Shown: positions 14,341-29,094, numbered from the stretch's first letter. The stretch is DNA of 64,000 bases from Octopus vulgaris (GCA_951406725.2 OX597815.1:201686001-201750000), one strand, 5' to 3'. The notes: a model not told the origin generated them from the sequence alone. Translations and numbers: made by a program.

Positions 14341-15712
14341 CACTCCATAAAATGTTAAATATTAAATCTTATACTAACTATATCTATTCTGAATCCCGTA
14401 TTTTCCGTTTATAAGACTACATGTGTTTCATGGAAGTATGCCAGTATTGATTAGAAACGAGGTATCTAGTTTCAATACTAAATTGGGTCGACACATTCCC
14501 AATCTTCAGGTCTCGATTCCTTAACATTTTTCATTACCTATGCCACTTATATACATCTATGATTCACTATATCTTCAATATAATCTTATTTAACATATAC
14601 AAATGAATAGAAATACAAATAATAAAAAAAAATAATAACTGAATATTAAAAAATTAAGGATTAAAAATTTATGGAATAAACATTCAAGGAATAAACATTC
14701 TATGAACATTTGGTTGTGTCTTTGATGCATATATACACACGCACATACGTATTGACACACATACATATAGAAGACTTACGAAATATCTGAGATAATACGA
14801 AACTTAAATTGCCCTTTAATTACTTCCTCACTCATATTAATAGTCTTCACTCATATTAAAAAGCTAGGAGTCATTTTGAAATAAAAATACGTTTTGCGCT
14901 GGATGGATAAATTAATGATGATGATAATGGTTAATTTTCCCCAAAGCTCCGATAACTGGCGTTGCTTATATATACTACTGCACTTAATGCTTAACTTGCT
15001 ATAGAATACGGGAATACTTTATAAAATTGAATATACCGTACTGCTAACACAAAGTAAAACATAATATTGACTTGAAAGCCTGTAATATAGTAGTAAAATG
15101 TTTTTATTTCTTCACATTTTAACTTAGCATCTGCTTTTGTAACACTCGCGTGACTGTATCTCTTCTACAGATAAGTAAATCGCCCTCACGCACTAACGCA
15201 TTTAATATTACAAACATAATGGTGTTCAATACAGCTATGTAAACACATTCTTTCTAAACTGATGTTTTGTACAGAAACACAGTCATTTGACGACCACTTT
15301 GATAATTGATAATCGTTTATTTAGATAAGATTTTTGTGGTTTCCTACCCAATTGATCGGACAGGCCAGTTGCCTATAAAGGAGACTTAAATTGGGCTGCA
15401 ACAAAGGTTCACAGTCGAATTTACATATTTGTGCTTTTGAAGGGCAGTTATTAATTATGAAATATCAATGTTCAAAACATTGCGTAAATCAGAAGATCTG
15501 GAATAAATTTAACAACTGATTGGAGCAGTCAACAAACCGTGAAACGTTACTTCAAAAAACATAGCCCACCCTAATTTTCTGCTTAACTATATCATAGAAA
15601 AATGTATTTACGTTGTTTAACCTGATTTCTATATTATTTAGTGAGCATAATAGATTGACGCTGCATTGTCATGCATGTGTGCGTGTGTGTGCGTATGTGT
15701 GCGTAAGTGTGC

Positions 15713-15764
<52 letters not shown>

Positions 15765-15977
15765 CTTAACTTCTTCACTCGTGTATTGAGTAATAATTAT
15801 GAAATTTATCAACATCGATTGTGTCAATTTTAGCGATAGTATTATGTGTTTACACATACACACACATATCAAAGAAGAGCATTTACATAAATATATGCAT
15901 GTGTGCGTGTGCGTGCCTGTATGTGTGTGTGTGGGGCAGATAATAGCTATAAGAGATGATGAAGGGTTGATTGTCGA

Positions 15978-16019
<42 letters not shown>

Positions 16020-16554
16020 CTCAACACAGAATAATAGGAAAAGTAGAAAGGGATACTGATATACATAAATAATAGTGACGAAAATCGTTATGAAAGACTG
16101 GCAGAATTCGTAAGATCAGTTTTTCAATCAATGGACAACATTTTAACCTTTGTATATACGTGAAGACAAAAGTGGAGAAAAAGTAGATCAGGGAAGGAAA
16201 ATTTAAGCAACAGTAATACAGCAATAAAATAGTAAGAGATGCATATTTTGAAATTATAAAATATAACAGTTTTATAACTTCAATGAAAGCTATTAAATTT
16301 TAAATAGCTATTTCGTTGGTGAAATTGTTTTTCCTCAGAAACGGTGTATCCATAACGTCAGAACTGAAGGATATTTGTAATATATATGCCACCATATGCG
16401 TGTTATTAAATTACTTTGGAAAGAGTTTAATAATATTTTTAAAAAATTAAATAAGTAAAAATAAATCCAATACGGTAGTTAAAAAAATGAACTGGAATAG
16501 GATCCAAAGAGCTCATATATAAATAATTGCTTGCAAAAAAAAACATGAAGGCAT

Positions 16555-16782
16555 TACTCTTACTCTTTTTACTCTTTTACTTGTTTCAGTCATTTGACTG
16601 CGGCCATGCTGGAGCACCGCCTTAATCGAGCAACTCGACCCAGGGGCTTATTCTTTTGTAAGCACAGTACTTATTCTATCGGTCTCTTTTGCCGAACCGC
16701 TAAGTAACGGGGACATAAACACACCAGCATCGGTTGTCAAGCAATGCTAGGGAGACAAACACAGACGCAAAAACACACACAC

Positions 16783-16841
<59 letters not shown>

Positions 16842-17012
16842 CATATATACGACAGGCTTCTTTCAGTTTCCGTCTACCAAATCCACTCACAAGGCTTTGG
16901 TCGGCCCGAGGCTATAGTAGAAGACACGTGCCCAAGATGCCACACAGTGGGACTGAACCCGGAACCATGTGGTAGGTAAACAAGCTACTTACCACACAGC
17001 CACTCCTGCGCC
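16555..17012 (-). mobile_element. SINE family 1, full length (tRNA head, CORE-like segment, internal microsatellite, GTAAAAGA tail)
   Basis: A box TGGCTGTGTGG, B box GGTTCAGTCC; five similar near-full copies in the window. Confidence 0.95.
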
Positions 17013-18305
17013 TACATTGTATACGAAAACTAACGTGTGCAATTTTATAATGTAGCATCCTGGAAATTTTCAGAATATAAAGATTACAGATATTTTACTC
17101 TGAGTTGCAAATATTATTATATATTCTTATAGCTACGGATTCCTTAACTGAAATATTATTTTAGGTTTACATGATATCAATTAACATATGCAACATAATA
17201 CAAGAATAGAAGAAAATCCTAATAAGTTTAATGAAATCGTTGTTTAGTATGTAATAAGTTTGTTACAAGTTTTCTAAACATGTTATTGTGAAATTCAATT
17301 AAATACTTTAAACAATTGTGCAAACCATATTTCCAGAGCCATAGAATATTTGTGGATCTTTCCAGGAATTTGTAATTCGGAATTTATATATATTAGTATC
17401 AATGTCTATAAAGTTACATTGAAGGTAACGAATAAAATTATGCAACAATTGTCAATACGTTTAATTTTAACAGATATTTGCAACTTTTTTTTACATAGTT
17501 TTTCGTCACATGAAAGCTGTAATATCAAACTACTTTACATAGGATTTTCACACAGAATTTTTCCATAGCAACTCCCCTATGATAATTGACAACTGTTTAC
17601 TCGATATATTGATCTCAGAAAACTTTGAAAGTTAAACTACATATTAAAAACCCAGAAAGCTCGGATCATTATGAAATAATATTAATTTTGAAAACAGTTG
17701 TTCCTTTAAAATGATTACTGGAATGGAATCTTCTAATGGTGTGTTACAGATTTACAGTAGACTACTTGGATCGACTTCATTTCTTCATTTAACATTGAGT
17801 TCTAGCTCTAAGGGACTTCATTCAAAAAATTATTAACAATATAGATATAGATAGGCATTCGACATCAGTTTCATATATTTCTCGTTGTGTTGATGAAAAT
17901 ATTTGCGAATATTATAGTGCTTGAAGTTACTGGGCTTTTGACCGCATGATTGTGTCCAGTGTGATTAGACTCTTTTGGCGCTCACCCAATCCATTTGAAT
18001 AGAAATTTCTTGATATTTCCACAAGTGTATTAATAATCTAGTTTAGTAGCACCTAACGGGATAATCGCAAAGTAGTGGTAGTGTGACATCCTACAAAAAG
18101 ACGTTCATTAAATATGCTGAAATTCGGCAACAAAATGATTATGTAAATAAAAAAAATATATATTTAACACTGAAATATGTATACTTGTGCATCCGATTTA
18201 GCATACTGGTGAATCAGTTCCAAATTCCATTTTACAGTATCTCAAGAGGGTATTGCAATTCGCTCTTATATGTGTGTTGTAATTATAATAGATTCTTAGA
18301 TAAAT

Positions 18306-18703
18306 AGAAGCGGTTGTGTGGTATGTAGTTTGCTTAACAACTACAAGGTTCTGGGTTCAGTCCCAATGCGTGGCACTTTTGGCAAGTGTTTCCTACTATA
18401 GCCCAGCGCCGACCAAAACCTTTTGAGTGGATTTGGTAGAGGGACACTGAAAGAAGACCGCCGTATATATGTATATATATTTATGAGTGTGTTTGTGTGT
18501 CTGTGTTTGTCCCCCCAACATCGCTTGTCAACCGATACTGGTGGGTTTGCGTCACCGTAACTTAACGGTTCGGCAAAAGAGACCGATAGAATAAGTACTA
18601 GGCTTACAAAGAATAAGTCCTGGAGTCGATTTGCTCGACTAAAGGTGGTGCTTCAGCATGGCCACAGTCAAATGACTGAAACAAGTAAAAGAGTAAAAGT
18701 GTA
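18306..18703 (+). mobile_element. SINE family 1
   Basis: Collinear with other copies; ends gaaacaagtaaaagagtaaaag. Confidence 0.93.
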
Positions 18704-18848
18704 AATGTTTTCTATAGATTCTATGTCATTTATTCAAAAAGCCATAACAAATATCTTAATTGTTGATCTCCAGGGTCAGTTGTTTTAGAAGTAAGACCCT
18801 GCAACTGACAATATGATTTCCATGATTTATCATTTCTTTCTATTTTAG

Positions 18849-18895
18849 GTCAATCTGAACGTGTCGTCGTTATTGATGACGAGATCAAGTTTTAA
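18849..18895 (+). CDS. Putative terminal exon (xQSERVVVIDDEIKF*)
   Basis: Polypyrimidine acceptor catttctttctattttag|, phase 1, TAA stop, AATAAA at 18960. Confidence 0.35.
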
Positions 18896-20127
18896 GGTTT
18901 CTGATCAAAGGTGCAGACAAATGTTTTATCGCTTGCATTGTGTATTTTTGTTCCTCACCAATAAAATCTATGTCAAAAAAGCTCCACGGTGTTTGATTCA
19001 TAGTAGAAATATTTTAAAATACATTATATATTTGGGTTCGTTCAGAAAATGAAATTCTGTCTTGTAAAAATATTAAATGAACGTTTCACCAATAGAATCA
19101 GCCATATGTGCAACATTCTTGTTTCGTGCTCGTAACAAATATGAAATAGCTTAACTTTATTATATATGCCATCACCATAATGATTATATTCCTTGCGCTG
19201 TTAAATCTTATTGTTGTTCTCGATATTTCATAACTTCTATTCGTATACAACTATCAAATGAATCATACATGTATGATAGGAATGAGCTTTACTTATTTCA
19301 TTAATGCAGAATATGTGATTTGAACAAAACGACTTGTAAAAGATTTCTGAGCGCTCATTGTGCTAGAGACTAATACATTACTACTGAGATTTACTCTATG
19401 GAAATAGAATCGTAGAAAATTCTCTCTCTAATGATGAAGAACTAAATAAATCATACTATTGCAGAGTTTTGAACAACTATTTGGAGTAACAAAGATATTT
19501 AGATATGCTGGAAATGAAAATGAATACAAATTAATATTTGCGTAAAGAAATTAATATATTTGATATATATAAGCGAACATTACATAAATTTATTTGGAAT
19601 AGATTTTGAAGTGCCAACTTTGCGATTTTTACTTCAGTCTCTAGTACGTATGCTCACTTGTTAAAAAGCAATTAATGAAAGTTAGAGGTATAAAGTTAGA
19701 TATACATTAGACGCGACAGAAATTTTATTTTTGCTTTTTGTCTATTAATTTCTATGTGTTATTTAGAGATATTTCTATTTAATAACACACATTTGATAAA
19801 ATATATCTTATTTACATAAGTTAAATCGTTAACTTAATACCTGAATTTGTAAATGGCCTATAGGAATCGATTCAACATAATACATTGGTGATTAACATTG
19901 AAAAGATGTTTACCTATCACAAATTATTTTTTATTGTTTTGTACATTGCGAGCAACATTAAATGCAACAAAATCTAACTATTTTATAAAGATATTCAAAT
20001 AATAACCATATATATATAATATCTATTTCTCTTACTAGTGCCAGCCAGACGATCAGGACTCCATGCTGGAGCACCGCCTTTCAGTGTGGTTGGTTTGTTT
20101 TCTGTATTCAATTTCTGTTTTCTTTCT

Positions 20128-20539
20128 TTTATCTTTTATCTTTTACTTGTTTCAGTAATTTGACGGCGTCCATGCTGGAGCACTGCCTTTAGTCGAGCAA
20201 ATCGACCCCGGGACTTATTCTTTGTAAGCCCAGTACTTATTCTGCCGGTCTCTTTTTGCCTAACCGCTAATGACGGGGACGTAAACACACCAGCATCGGT
20301 TGTCAAGCAATGCTAGAGGGGCAAACACAGACACACAAACACACACGCATACATATATATATATATATACATATATACTAGAGGCTTCTTTCAGTTTCCG
20401 TCTACCAAATCCACTCACAAGGCTTGGTCGACCCGGGGCTATAGCAGAAGACACTTTCCCAAGATGCCACGCAGTGGGACTGAACCCGGAACCATGTGGT
20501 TGGTTAGCAAGCTACTTACCACACAGCCACTCCTGCGCC
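20128..20539 (-). mobile_element. SINE family 1, full length
   Basis: Collinear with 16555..17012. Confidence 0.95.
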
Positions 20540-21014
20540 TATATGTTTATATGATATCCTGATAAAAATTTCTCAGATGCAATTTGAAAACCACCACATC
20601 AACACCCCGCACATCTTTGAGGTTGCTTCGCAAGAATTCTGAATAATTATGGATACTTTAATCACAATGTTTCTGCACTGCAGCCTTACTTTAGATGGAG
20701 ATGATGGGATATTCGATGCTATGCAGTGCCGTCGGGCGCGGTTGTTGGCACACATTACAAATCTGAGAGCTAGTCATTCCAGTATATTCCATATGCAATA
20801 CGCTGTATATTTCCACTGAGTAGCACATTTATTTCACGGAGATAATCTTCCTTGTGCCGTTACACTATATTGACTCAAGTTCCGCGGATAGTTTTACGTC
20901 GGGAGGAGAGTATGCATTTGAATATGTATGTATGTATATATATTTATATATATATTGATACATACACACCACACGCTCACACACACACATATGTATATAT
21001 ACATACATATATAT

Positions 21015-21125
21015 ATATATGTTTTCCAAGACAAAAACATGGCACAGTTTCTTCCTTCCTCGATACATTGGCAACAGCATGGAAGGAAATATTTGGACGA
21101 ATGGGAAAATTTAAAAATCGATAAC
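21015..21125 (+). mobile_element. Possible mariner transposase C-terminal scrap
   Basis: DTLATAWKEIFGRMG resembles xLxxRWxKxxxxxGxY. Confidence 0.3.
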
Positions 21126-21853
21126 ACAGTATATATTTATATTCTTAATTTCTCTACTGCGGAAATATATAGTTATCATCTTCGCATTCAACATACTTCT
21201 ATAGATATATGTAAATTAATTTAATTATATATTTTCATTCAAATCTGACAACGATGTTTATTTTAACAACATCATATAATCATCGTTTAAACATATGCTA
21301 TGGAATCAGAATTAATCTTTAGTGGACATATATTTGAACGAAATCTGAAATCCGAAATGCGCTCCTTTGATGTATATTTCATTCATATTTGTGTGTATGT
21401 ATGTTTGTGACTGTCAGAGGAAGAGAGAGGATAGGAGAAGGAGAGAGAATACGTGTGAATCTTATTGTCTTGTTTATTGAATAGCTTACAATGTTCAATT
21501 TGCGCAAGCTAATGATGACCTCATAGACAAATCTTACCCAACGTGTAAACGGCATACTGTACAGCACTATATTCTCTTTTCTATAAAACTTGGACACTAT
21601 CTAAATTCGCCGATATCTCTTATGCCTGTAAAGTTGATACATCTTAGGCCTGTAAAGGCCTGTAAATTAAACTGAAATCTGAATCGATAAATATTATGCC
21701 CTTCAAATTCTAAAACATTTTGAAGGAAGAATTGACAAATTTTCATATAAAATTTTTACTCTTCACTTATATACTTACATATAAGAAACATTTATATTAC
21801 TCTATATATACATACTCAGACACATATATGTGTCTACGTTTTATAAATAATAA

Positions 21854-21899
<46 letters not shown>

Positions 21900-23399
21900 T
21901 TACATATAGCTATCTATGTATCTATATATCGGGTACTTTATTTTGATATATGTAATTCTTTCAATAGGAATCGAAAACTTTCTTTCGTATGTTTTTTTCT
22001 GAAAACATGTGGTGAGTTAGAGAGGATGAACATTTGACGTGACATTTTCGGAAAGTCTGATGATAGCTTTACTGTGTGGAAACTTTGGAAAACTTTTGTA
22101 GCGTCGGTATTCATTTTAATGTTATTTGTTTCTTCCAAAATGACGTCTATGGTTGTCAAGAAAATATATTATATTTAGCTGGGCCGTCCAGATTCTTTAC
22201 CAAGCGATTCGGGATCTAGCAAAATATACAATTCCGAGAGCTCTTGGAGATAAATCTAGAAACAATCAAAACTTTGATATTTTGGACGACTGGAAGCTAA
22301 GATAAAAGAAACATAATACATAGGATATTAAGGGAGGTAATAAATTATTCACAATGTGTTGTCAAAATATTTCGTCACACTTCCAGTGATTTCCTTCTAT
22401 TGTTTTACTTATTCTCTCAAATATTCTTGAAATAAACCCTTTGTCTTACTTCCCATACTCTCATTAATATTTCACTCAATATTCTCTTATTTCCAAATTT
22501 TCGATACATTTTCTATTCCTATAAACACGAATTTTTCGTTCGAACTAACGTACATACATTAGTTCTCACTCACCATTCACTATCTTCGAATTTGCAGCTC
22601 ATTTATTGTTGTAGCATAATACTCTCTCCCTCTTTATCTCTCCCTCTCTTTATCTCACTTTCTTTCTCTCTCTCTCTCTCTTTCTCTCACTCTCTTATTC
22701 CCTTCCTTTGACTCCTATACTGCACCCTTTCTCCAGCCTCAAGAACAATTTCCCTGAAACATAGAGTCATGACACACATACACACCCACGCATTCACACT
22801 GACATGCACACGTCCTTACATGCACTTATACATACGAATAAATACGTGTGTGAGTGTATGTGTCAGTGCCCATAAAATATATATCTCATCCAATGCAAAG
22901 CGAACTATGAGAGAAGATGGCCTGCTGCGAAATAGCGTATGAGAATATAGTTGCACATGGTCATATCACATGCACATACCAAACCCGCGTCATTTCAAAT
23001 TAAACCAAACGGAATAAACTGGAAATGTTCGCTTTTTTCTGTCCAGGACACAATATAAACATATAAATAAAATAAACAGATAGATATACTTGCCAAATAG
23101 ATATACTTGTTATTTAGCAAGTGAAAAGAAAAGCATCCTGAAATATGATAGTATTTCTTTCAACACAAGATTTCACATTGAAGAGTCTTGCCAGGCAAAA
23201 TTCATAAACACACACACACACATGCATAGATATATATATAAATACATATTTGTGTGAGTAAGAGGTTGTTAAAGCAACGCAGGAATAGTACTTATCCAAT
23301 ATGCTGCTGGTAGTGTACCCAATTATTCATAGTCCACTGTTAGTTATTGCATGACAATCTCGCAATTGAGTATTATACACACACGAATATATACTTATA

Positions 23400-23470
23400 C
23401 ACAACAGTCTTCCTTCAGTTACCGTGTACGAAATCCACTCAGAAAGCTTTGGTCGGCTTGAGTCTCCATA
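23400..23470 (-). mobile_element. SINE family 1 fragment
   Basis: ttcagttaccgtgtacgaaatccactcagaaagctttggtcggc. Confidence 0.7.
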
Positions 23471-23479
23471 TATGGAGTC

Positions 23480-23571
<92 letters not shown>

Positions 23572-23575
23572 CATG

Positions 23576-23606
<31 letters not shown>

Positions 23607-23991
23607 TTATATGTATATATATAATCAAAATAAGCAATAAGCATGACCCAGTAATTTGGTACGATCGTTTCGTACTACATCATTTTATTAAATGTTGTAA
23701 GTATTACAACAGATTGAAGATGCTGAGTAATCATCAGCCAATTATAGAGGTTTTCCATTGATACAAAAATGTTCAAATCAAGTGACAACATTATAGAGAA
23801 GGTAGATATACAGACAATGATGTCGATTTAAATTTTATGAACATATGAGGTAGTGAAATCCTTCCACTGACTGACTAAGGTATGGTTGTTCCTAACTGCT
23901 GTAAGGTTAGAAGCAATAAAGATTTTTTTAATTGGGGTAAAGGAGGTTTCAGAACTCCATAAAAGGAATTCATGTTGAAGACAGCAATTGC

Positions 23992-24077
<86 letters not shown>

Positions 24078-24682
24078 CCATATTTACATCAATGCATGAG
24101 TGTATATATATGTGTATGTGTCTGCCTGTGTGTGCATGCGATCGTTTATATTTAATAAATTTTATTCAGCAAAAACCGAGTTCTTTAAAACACTTAAACA
24201 TTAAGTTGTCATCGCTAAATTACTTTGGTCTAACAGGATTTTATTCTGTGCGTCACCTGAGTCTCAATAGATGCACTTGTTATCATGCTTATTTTGTTAA
24301 CTGTTATATATTCACATTGAACATATCTCAGGGATATTTTTCAATTTACTGTATTTCAATTAAAAACACAATTTAATTGACAACATTTCTGCAGCCTAAT
24401 TAGATTTTATTTTTAAGTAGTAGAATGTGGAAATCAATCCATGTATGTGTTAGGGCCCCTACAGACAAAAATACAATTTTGAAATTTGGGTGCCGCTACG
24501 TGCATTGAACCAGTGAGAAAAACTGATAATATTTATGTTACTGGTTTCAAGTAAAGAATGTAATATTTCTTCGATATTTCAAAAAACAAATTGCCTGAAA
24601 TACAGAGACATAACGCAGTCAGAATTCGTGTGTATATATATGTGTGTGTGTATGATTGTGTGCGTGTGTGCGTGTATATATA

Positions 24683-24743
<61 letters not shown>

Positions 24744-24775
24744 GTACATATATATATATGTATATATATACATAT

Positions 24776-24893
<118 letters not shown>

Positions 24894-25034
24894 GCATTCA
24901 TATATATAAAGTAGTGGATTTATTTTTATAATCGTATTACGATGAAGTAAAAATAAATCTTTTTATATTTGACGGTTGTCGGGTATGCGAATAAGAATGC
25001 AAGAATCGAGGAATGGAGCAGAGAAGAGTCGGGT

Positions 25035-25237
25035 TACATATGTTTCAGAGCGATCGAAGATTCGGGAGTGGTAAATATCCAAGCGATGATTATGCCGCCG
25101 GTTTTTCTTCAGGCCAAGAATATCACGATAAACTTTTATCAAGATGTCTCTGGCCTGAAGAGTTGGCTGTAGTATACACCTCACTTGGATATATTCCACT
25201 TCCGAGATTCTCCTCTGTTTGAAACATATGTAGACAG
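25035..25237. repeat. Imperfect palindrome with a hammerhead-like core in each arm (Penelope pLTR-like)
   Basis: tacatatgtttca...tcttcaggcca mirrored by tggcctgaaga...tgaaacatatgta; centre near 25130. Confidence 0.8.
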
Positions 25238-25267
25238 GATCTTATATACTCCATTTCTTTATTCTTA

Positions 25268-25317
<50 letters not shown>

Positions 25318-25361
25318 AGTGTTTATATATGTATGTATATTTGTGTATGTGTTTACATATG

Positions 25362-25433
<72 letters not shown>

Positions 25434-25467
25434 CATACACACACACATACACATATATATATATATA

Positions 25468-25810
25468 TTAGTTTCAGTCCTCGGACTACGGCAATGGTTG
25501 GACACAACTTTTTACATTGCTACACTTTTAATGAACCACCTCTGGTGTCTGACATTTGGTGGATGAGTTAGATTGATGTTGCTGCCATCAACCATCTCTC
25601 ATGTCTTTTGCATTTTTGAAGAAAGTCGACATCCACGCTATCCAGGTCTCTCAGGCTTTCCGGGAGGGTAATGAAGAGCTGTGGACCTATGAAGCCCAAG
25701 CTGTTACTGTGTCTGACTCTGTATTAGCAGAGCCCTAATAGCAATATTTAGGCTTTTGGTACAATGCGAGGTGCTCCCTCCTGCTGATTATGTAACTGGC
25801 AATGCCAAAC
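25468..25810 (-). mobile_element. Decayed 3' fragment related to LINE family B
   Basis: Reverse translation HSNSLGFIGPQLFITLPESLRDLDSVDVD matches family B C-terminus. Confidence 0.85.
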
Positions 25811-26038
25811 TATCGTTGTAATCGATTGATTCCCCTTCTTTTATCTTAAGTGTTGCCTCGACCTTTAACTAATAAAATGGCAGTGAGTTGACAGCATCAT
25901 TATACCATCTCGTGGAATTTGCTTTTGACTCTTTCCATTCTAATTCCGACATGTATTTATTATTAATATGCTGCGTCCACGGTGGGCACCACACTTGAAT
26001 GGCTTATTCGTCATATTTTATCTGATTTTTCAAAATTA

Positions 26039-26089
<51 letters not shown>

Positions 26090-26122
26090 CTTTATTTAAA
26101 GCAGCAGAAAATTCAACAAAAT

Positions 26123-26160
26123 CTGTTACTCTGAGTTTCTCGTTGCCGTTCATCAGACAG
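26123..26160 (-). ncRNA. Type I hammerhead ribozyme motif
   Basis: Reverse complement: ctgt-CTGATGA-acg gcaa cga-GAAA-ctcagag-TA-acag; helix I ctgt/acag, GUA triplet, one helix II mismatch. Confidence 0.72.
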
Positions 26161-26245
26161 TTTTTGCTAGAATGGAACCGATATATCAATTCAATCTAGA
26201 CTCTAGAGTGTTTACGACGGTATATATATATATATATATATATAG

Positions 26246-26400
26246 TGAGAATTCACAATGAGGGGAAAAGACGAAGACGGGTTTGTAAACAAGAAACAGA
26301 TGTGTTAGTTTAACGCTCGTGAAGTGAGAAAGTCTTTTACATCTCGAGATAGGCTCTTCGACAAAAAGGAACACATATATAAACAGGGAGAGAAACCTGT
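26246..26400 (-). mobile_element. Short TA-embedded hammerhead-bearing element, subfamily 2, decayed
   Basis: gacgaagac...ttagtttaacgctc...ctcttcgaca shared with 27173, 28741, 33780, 53090. Confidence 0.8.
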
Positions 26401-26434
26401 ATATATACATATGTGTGTGTTTTTTTTTTTTTTT

Positions 26435-26508
<74 letters not shown>

Positions 26509-26911
26509 TTGCTCCAATCAATTCTAAAATAAAATTTAGGACATGTGTGTGTTTCTTTACGTATTTTATATATAAATTAATATGTTTTCTTTGCATTTTA
26601 TCCTCTGGTGTGTAATTAGATAAGTATCATCTGATGTAATCGACTCAACCCATCCTTTAGAATTCTTAGTCTTGTGCCAAAATTTGAAGCTGCTCATATG
26701 AATTATTTAATTATTTGAACTGTAGCTGAGACTTTTCCTCGTATGTTTGCTGACAAAGGTACAACCTAAGCACTTAATGGAGGTAAGTTCCCTCCATTAT
26801 TATAAAACAACGAGTGCTCTTATGAAATGCGCATCCCACAACGCGGGGAACGTCAACTCGTTTTCACAGTATTTTATTGAGTTTATAGTCTCCAGCATTT
26901 ATCCAGTAAGG

Positions 26912-26960
<49 letters not shown>

Positions 26961-26964
<4 letters not shown>

Positions 26965-27082
26965 CTTGATCACCGTGACCGACCAGGCTATTAGATGTTG
27001 CTACACATCGCTGGTCACAATGCGCTTGGCATTGTTTTAGACTTCAAATGACGCCACCTCGCTGGCTAAGCAAGCTGGCCAA
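26961..27082 (-). mobile_element. 3' tail of SINE family 2b (RTE-type tail) within TA tracts
   Basis: Reverse complement of 49381..49493. Confidence 0.88.
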
Positions 27083-27095
27083 TATATATATATAT

Positions 27096-27172
<77 letters not shown>

Positions 27173-27173
<1 letters not shown>

Positions 27174-27359
27174 GCAGAATTTACGAAAAAAAACAAACGA
27201 CGAAGACAAGTGGTATACAAAACAAACTGATGTATTAGTATAACACTCAGGAATAGAAAAAAGTATTTCACGTTTCGAACTTACACACTTCTATAGAAAG
27301 GGACACAGAAAAAAGAAGGAGAGAAACAAGGAGAGAAAAAATGTGTGTGGTGGCTAACG

Positions 27360-27362
<3 letters not shown>
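27173..27362 (-). mobile_element. Short TA-embedded hammerhead-bearing element, subfamily 2
   Basis: Collinear with 53090..53275; ribozyme core decayed. Confidence 0.85.
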
Positions 27363-27403
<41 letters not shown>

Positions 27404-28249
27404 TTGAAAATATGATGAATGATGAATGACTTTTAATACGAAGCCTTTGTTAATATTTTCTGCAATTTTGGATGTCAAATTAGTGCTCAAGGCTATTATG
27501 TCTATTTACGTCACTGTGCATTACAGTTTCCAAATATCACCTGAAAGATTTGATTAAATTTGTGGGAACATATTCGCTTTCGTGTACCTTGAAGTATTCA
27601 TCGCTATTATTCAGAACATATTCTGTCTATTATTTGAAATTAATTTCTAGAATTATGATCAATTTAAAATTGCCTTAGCGGTTTATTTTAATTTACTTTT
27701 AATATCTGGAAGCAAACACTGTTTTAATGATATTTATATTTCATATGCACATTCGTATCAGACATTTATGAGGAAAGAATGAAGTGAAATGTAAATATTG
27801 CAAATTGTTCCCCCTTTGAAAGCTTGTTTTGAACTGAGAAGTTAATATATATTATATATGCACTTCATATGTTTCACAACATATTGGATATTCTTACATA
27901 GTAAACCTGTATAGAAAATGTTTCCGATGATTCATCTGATCGATGATTAATGCATATAAAACGATTTATATTTTTATATTTTTAAAACTGCCGAAGTTAT
28001 TTATAGCTTATCTGACATATTTGTAACGTGGGCAACGAGAAACTTTACTGTTTATTCTTCGCAAAACTTTACTTTTATGTTCAATGTGTCCTCAATCTGA
28101 TAATACATTTCTTGGTCCGTTGAACTCTTCATTCATCAAAAGCACAGATAAGAAGAGGAACCTAAATTTTTCAGAAGACCGATGTTGAAGTGACACGTTT
28201 GTATGTTAGGCAGGAGTATTACAATGATGCACGTCACTCGGTGAGTTAA

Positions 28250-28400
28250 GATGTGGGCAACTGCATTTTACAGGTGGGACATGCCGGTTAAATTGATCCC
28301 AAACGGGATCCAAACTTGAACGGTACTTCATTTTTTCGATCACACAAGGATGAAGTTTATAGTTGACAACAGAGGTATTTGAACTCAGAACGTCGCAATA
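28250..28400 (-). mobile_element. SINE family 3, decayed
   Basis: ggtactt...tcgat...aaggatgaa...atttgaactcagaacgt. Confidence 0.7.
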
Positions 28401-28740
28401 AGGGTTCTACCAGCTTTTCCTTTTTTATAGTATAGTAAGAGTAATTAATTCTATATTTCCCCTCCTTCAACTTAGATAATATGCAGAATTTCCTCTTATA
28501 AGCGTATTTTACAATTTATTATACGGTAAATTCGTTACAAACATGAGAATCGAGCACAGCATGCAGATGCATACATACACACACAAACGCACACACACAT
28601 ACATACACACATACTCACACACAGATGCGCACACGCACACATACATATAAATATATACATACCTATATATATTATATACATACATGTTTATAATTATTAT
28701 ATATATATTTATTATATGTCCGAAGTCAGGACGCCATGAT

Positions 28741-28892
28741 GTTTTTTTCTGTGTATCTTTCTGTCGAAGAGCGTAGGCTCGAAATGTAAAAGACTTTTTC
28801 TATTTCTATTCCTGAGCGCTATACTAATACATTTGTTTGTTTGTACTCCACCAGCCTTCGTCTTTTGTTTATTTTCGTAAACCTTCCCGTTG

Positions 28893-28896
<4 letters not shown>
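28741..28896 (+). mobile_element. Short TA-embedded element, subfamily 2, with variant hammerhead at 28756..28793
   Basis: tcttt-CTGTCGA-a-gagc gtag gctc-GAAA-tg-TA-aaaga. Confidence 0.85.
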
Positions 28897-28932
<36 letters not shown>

Positions 28933-29003
28933 AAAACATGTATATGTGTGTGTGAGTGCCGAGTGTATGTTTACACTATCTCTCTCTCTCTCTCTCTCTC
29001 TCT

Positions 29004-29094
<91 letters not shown>

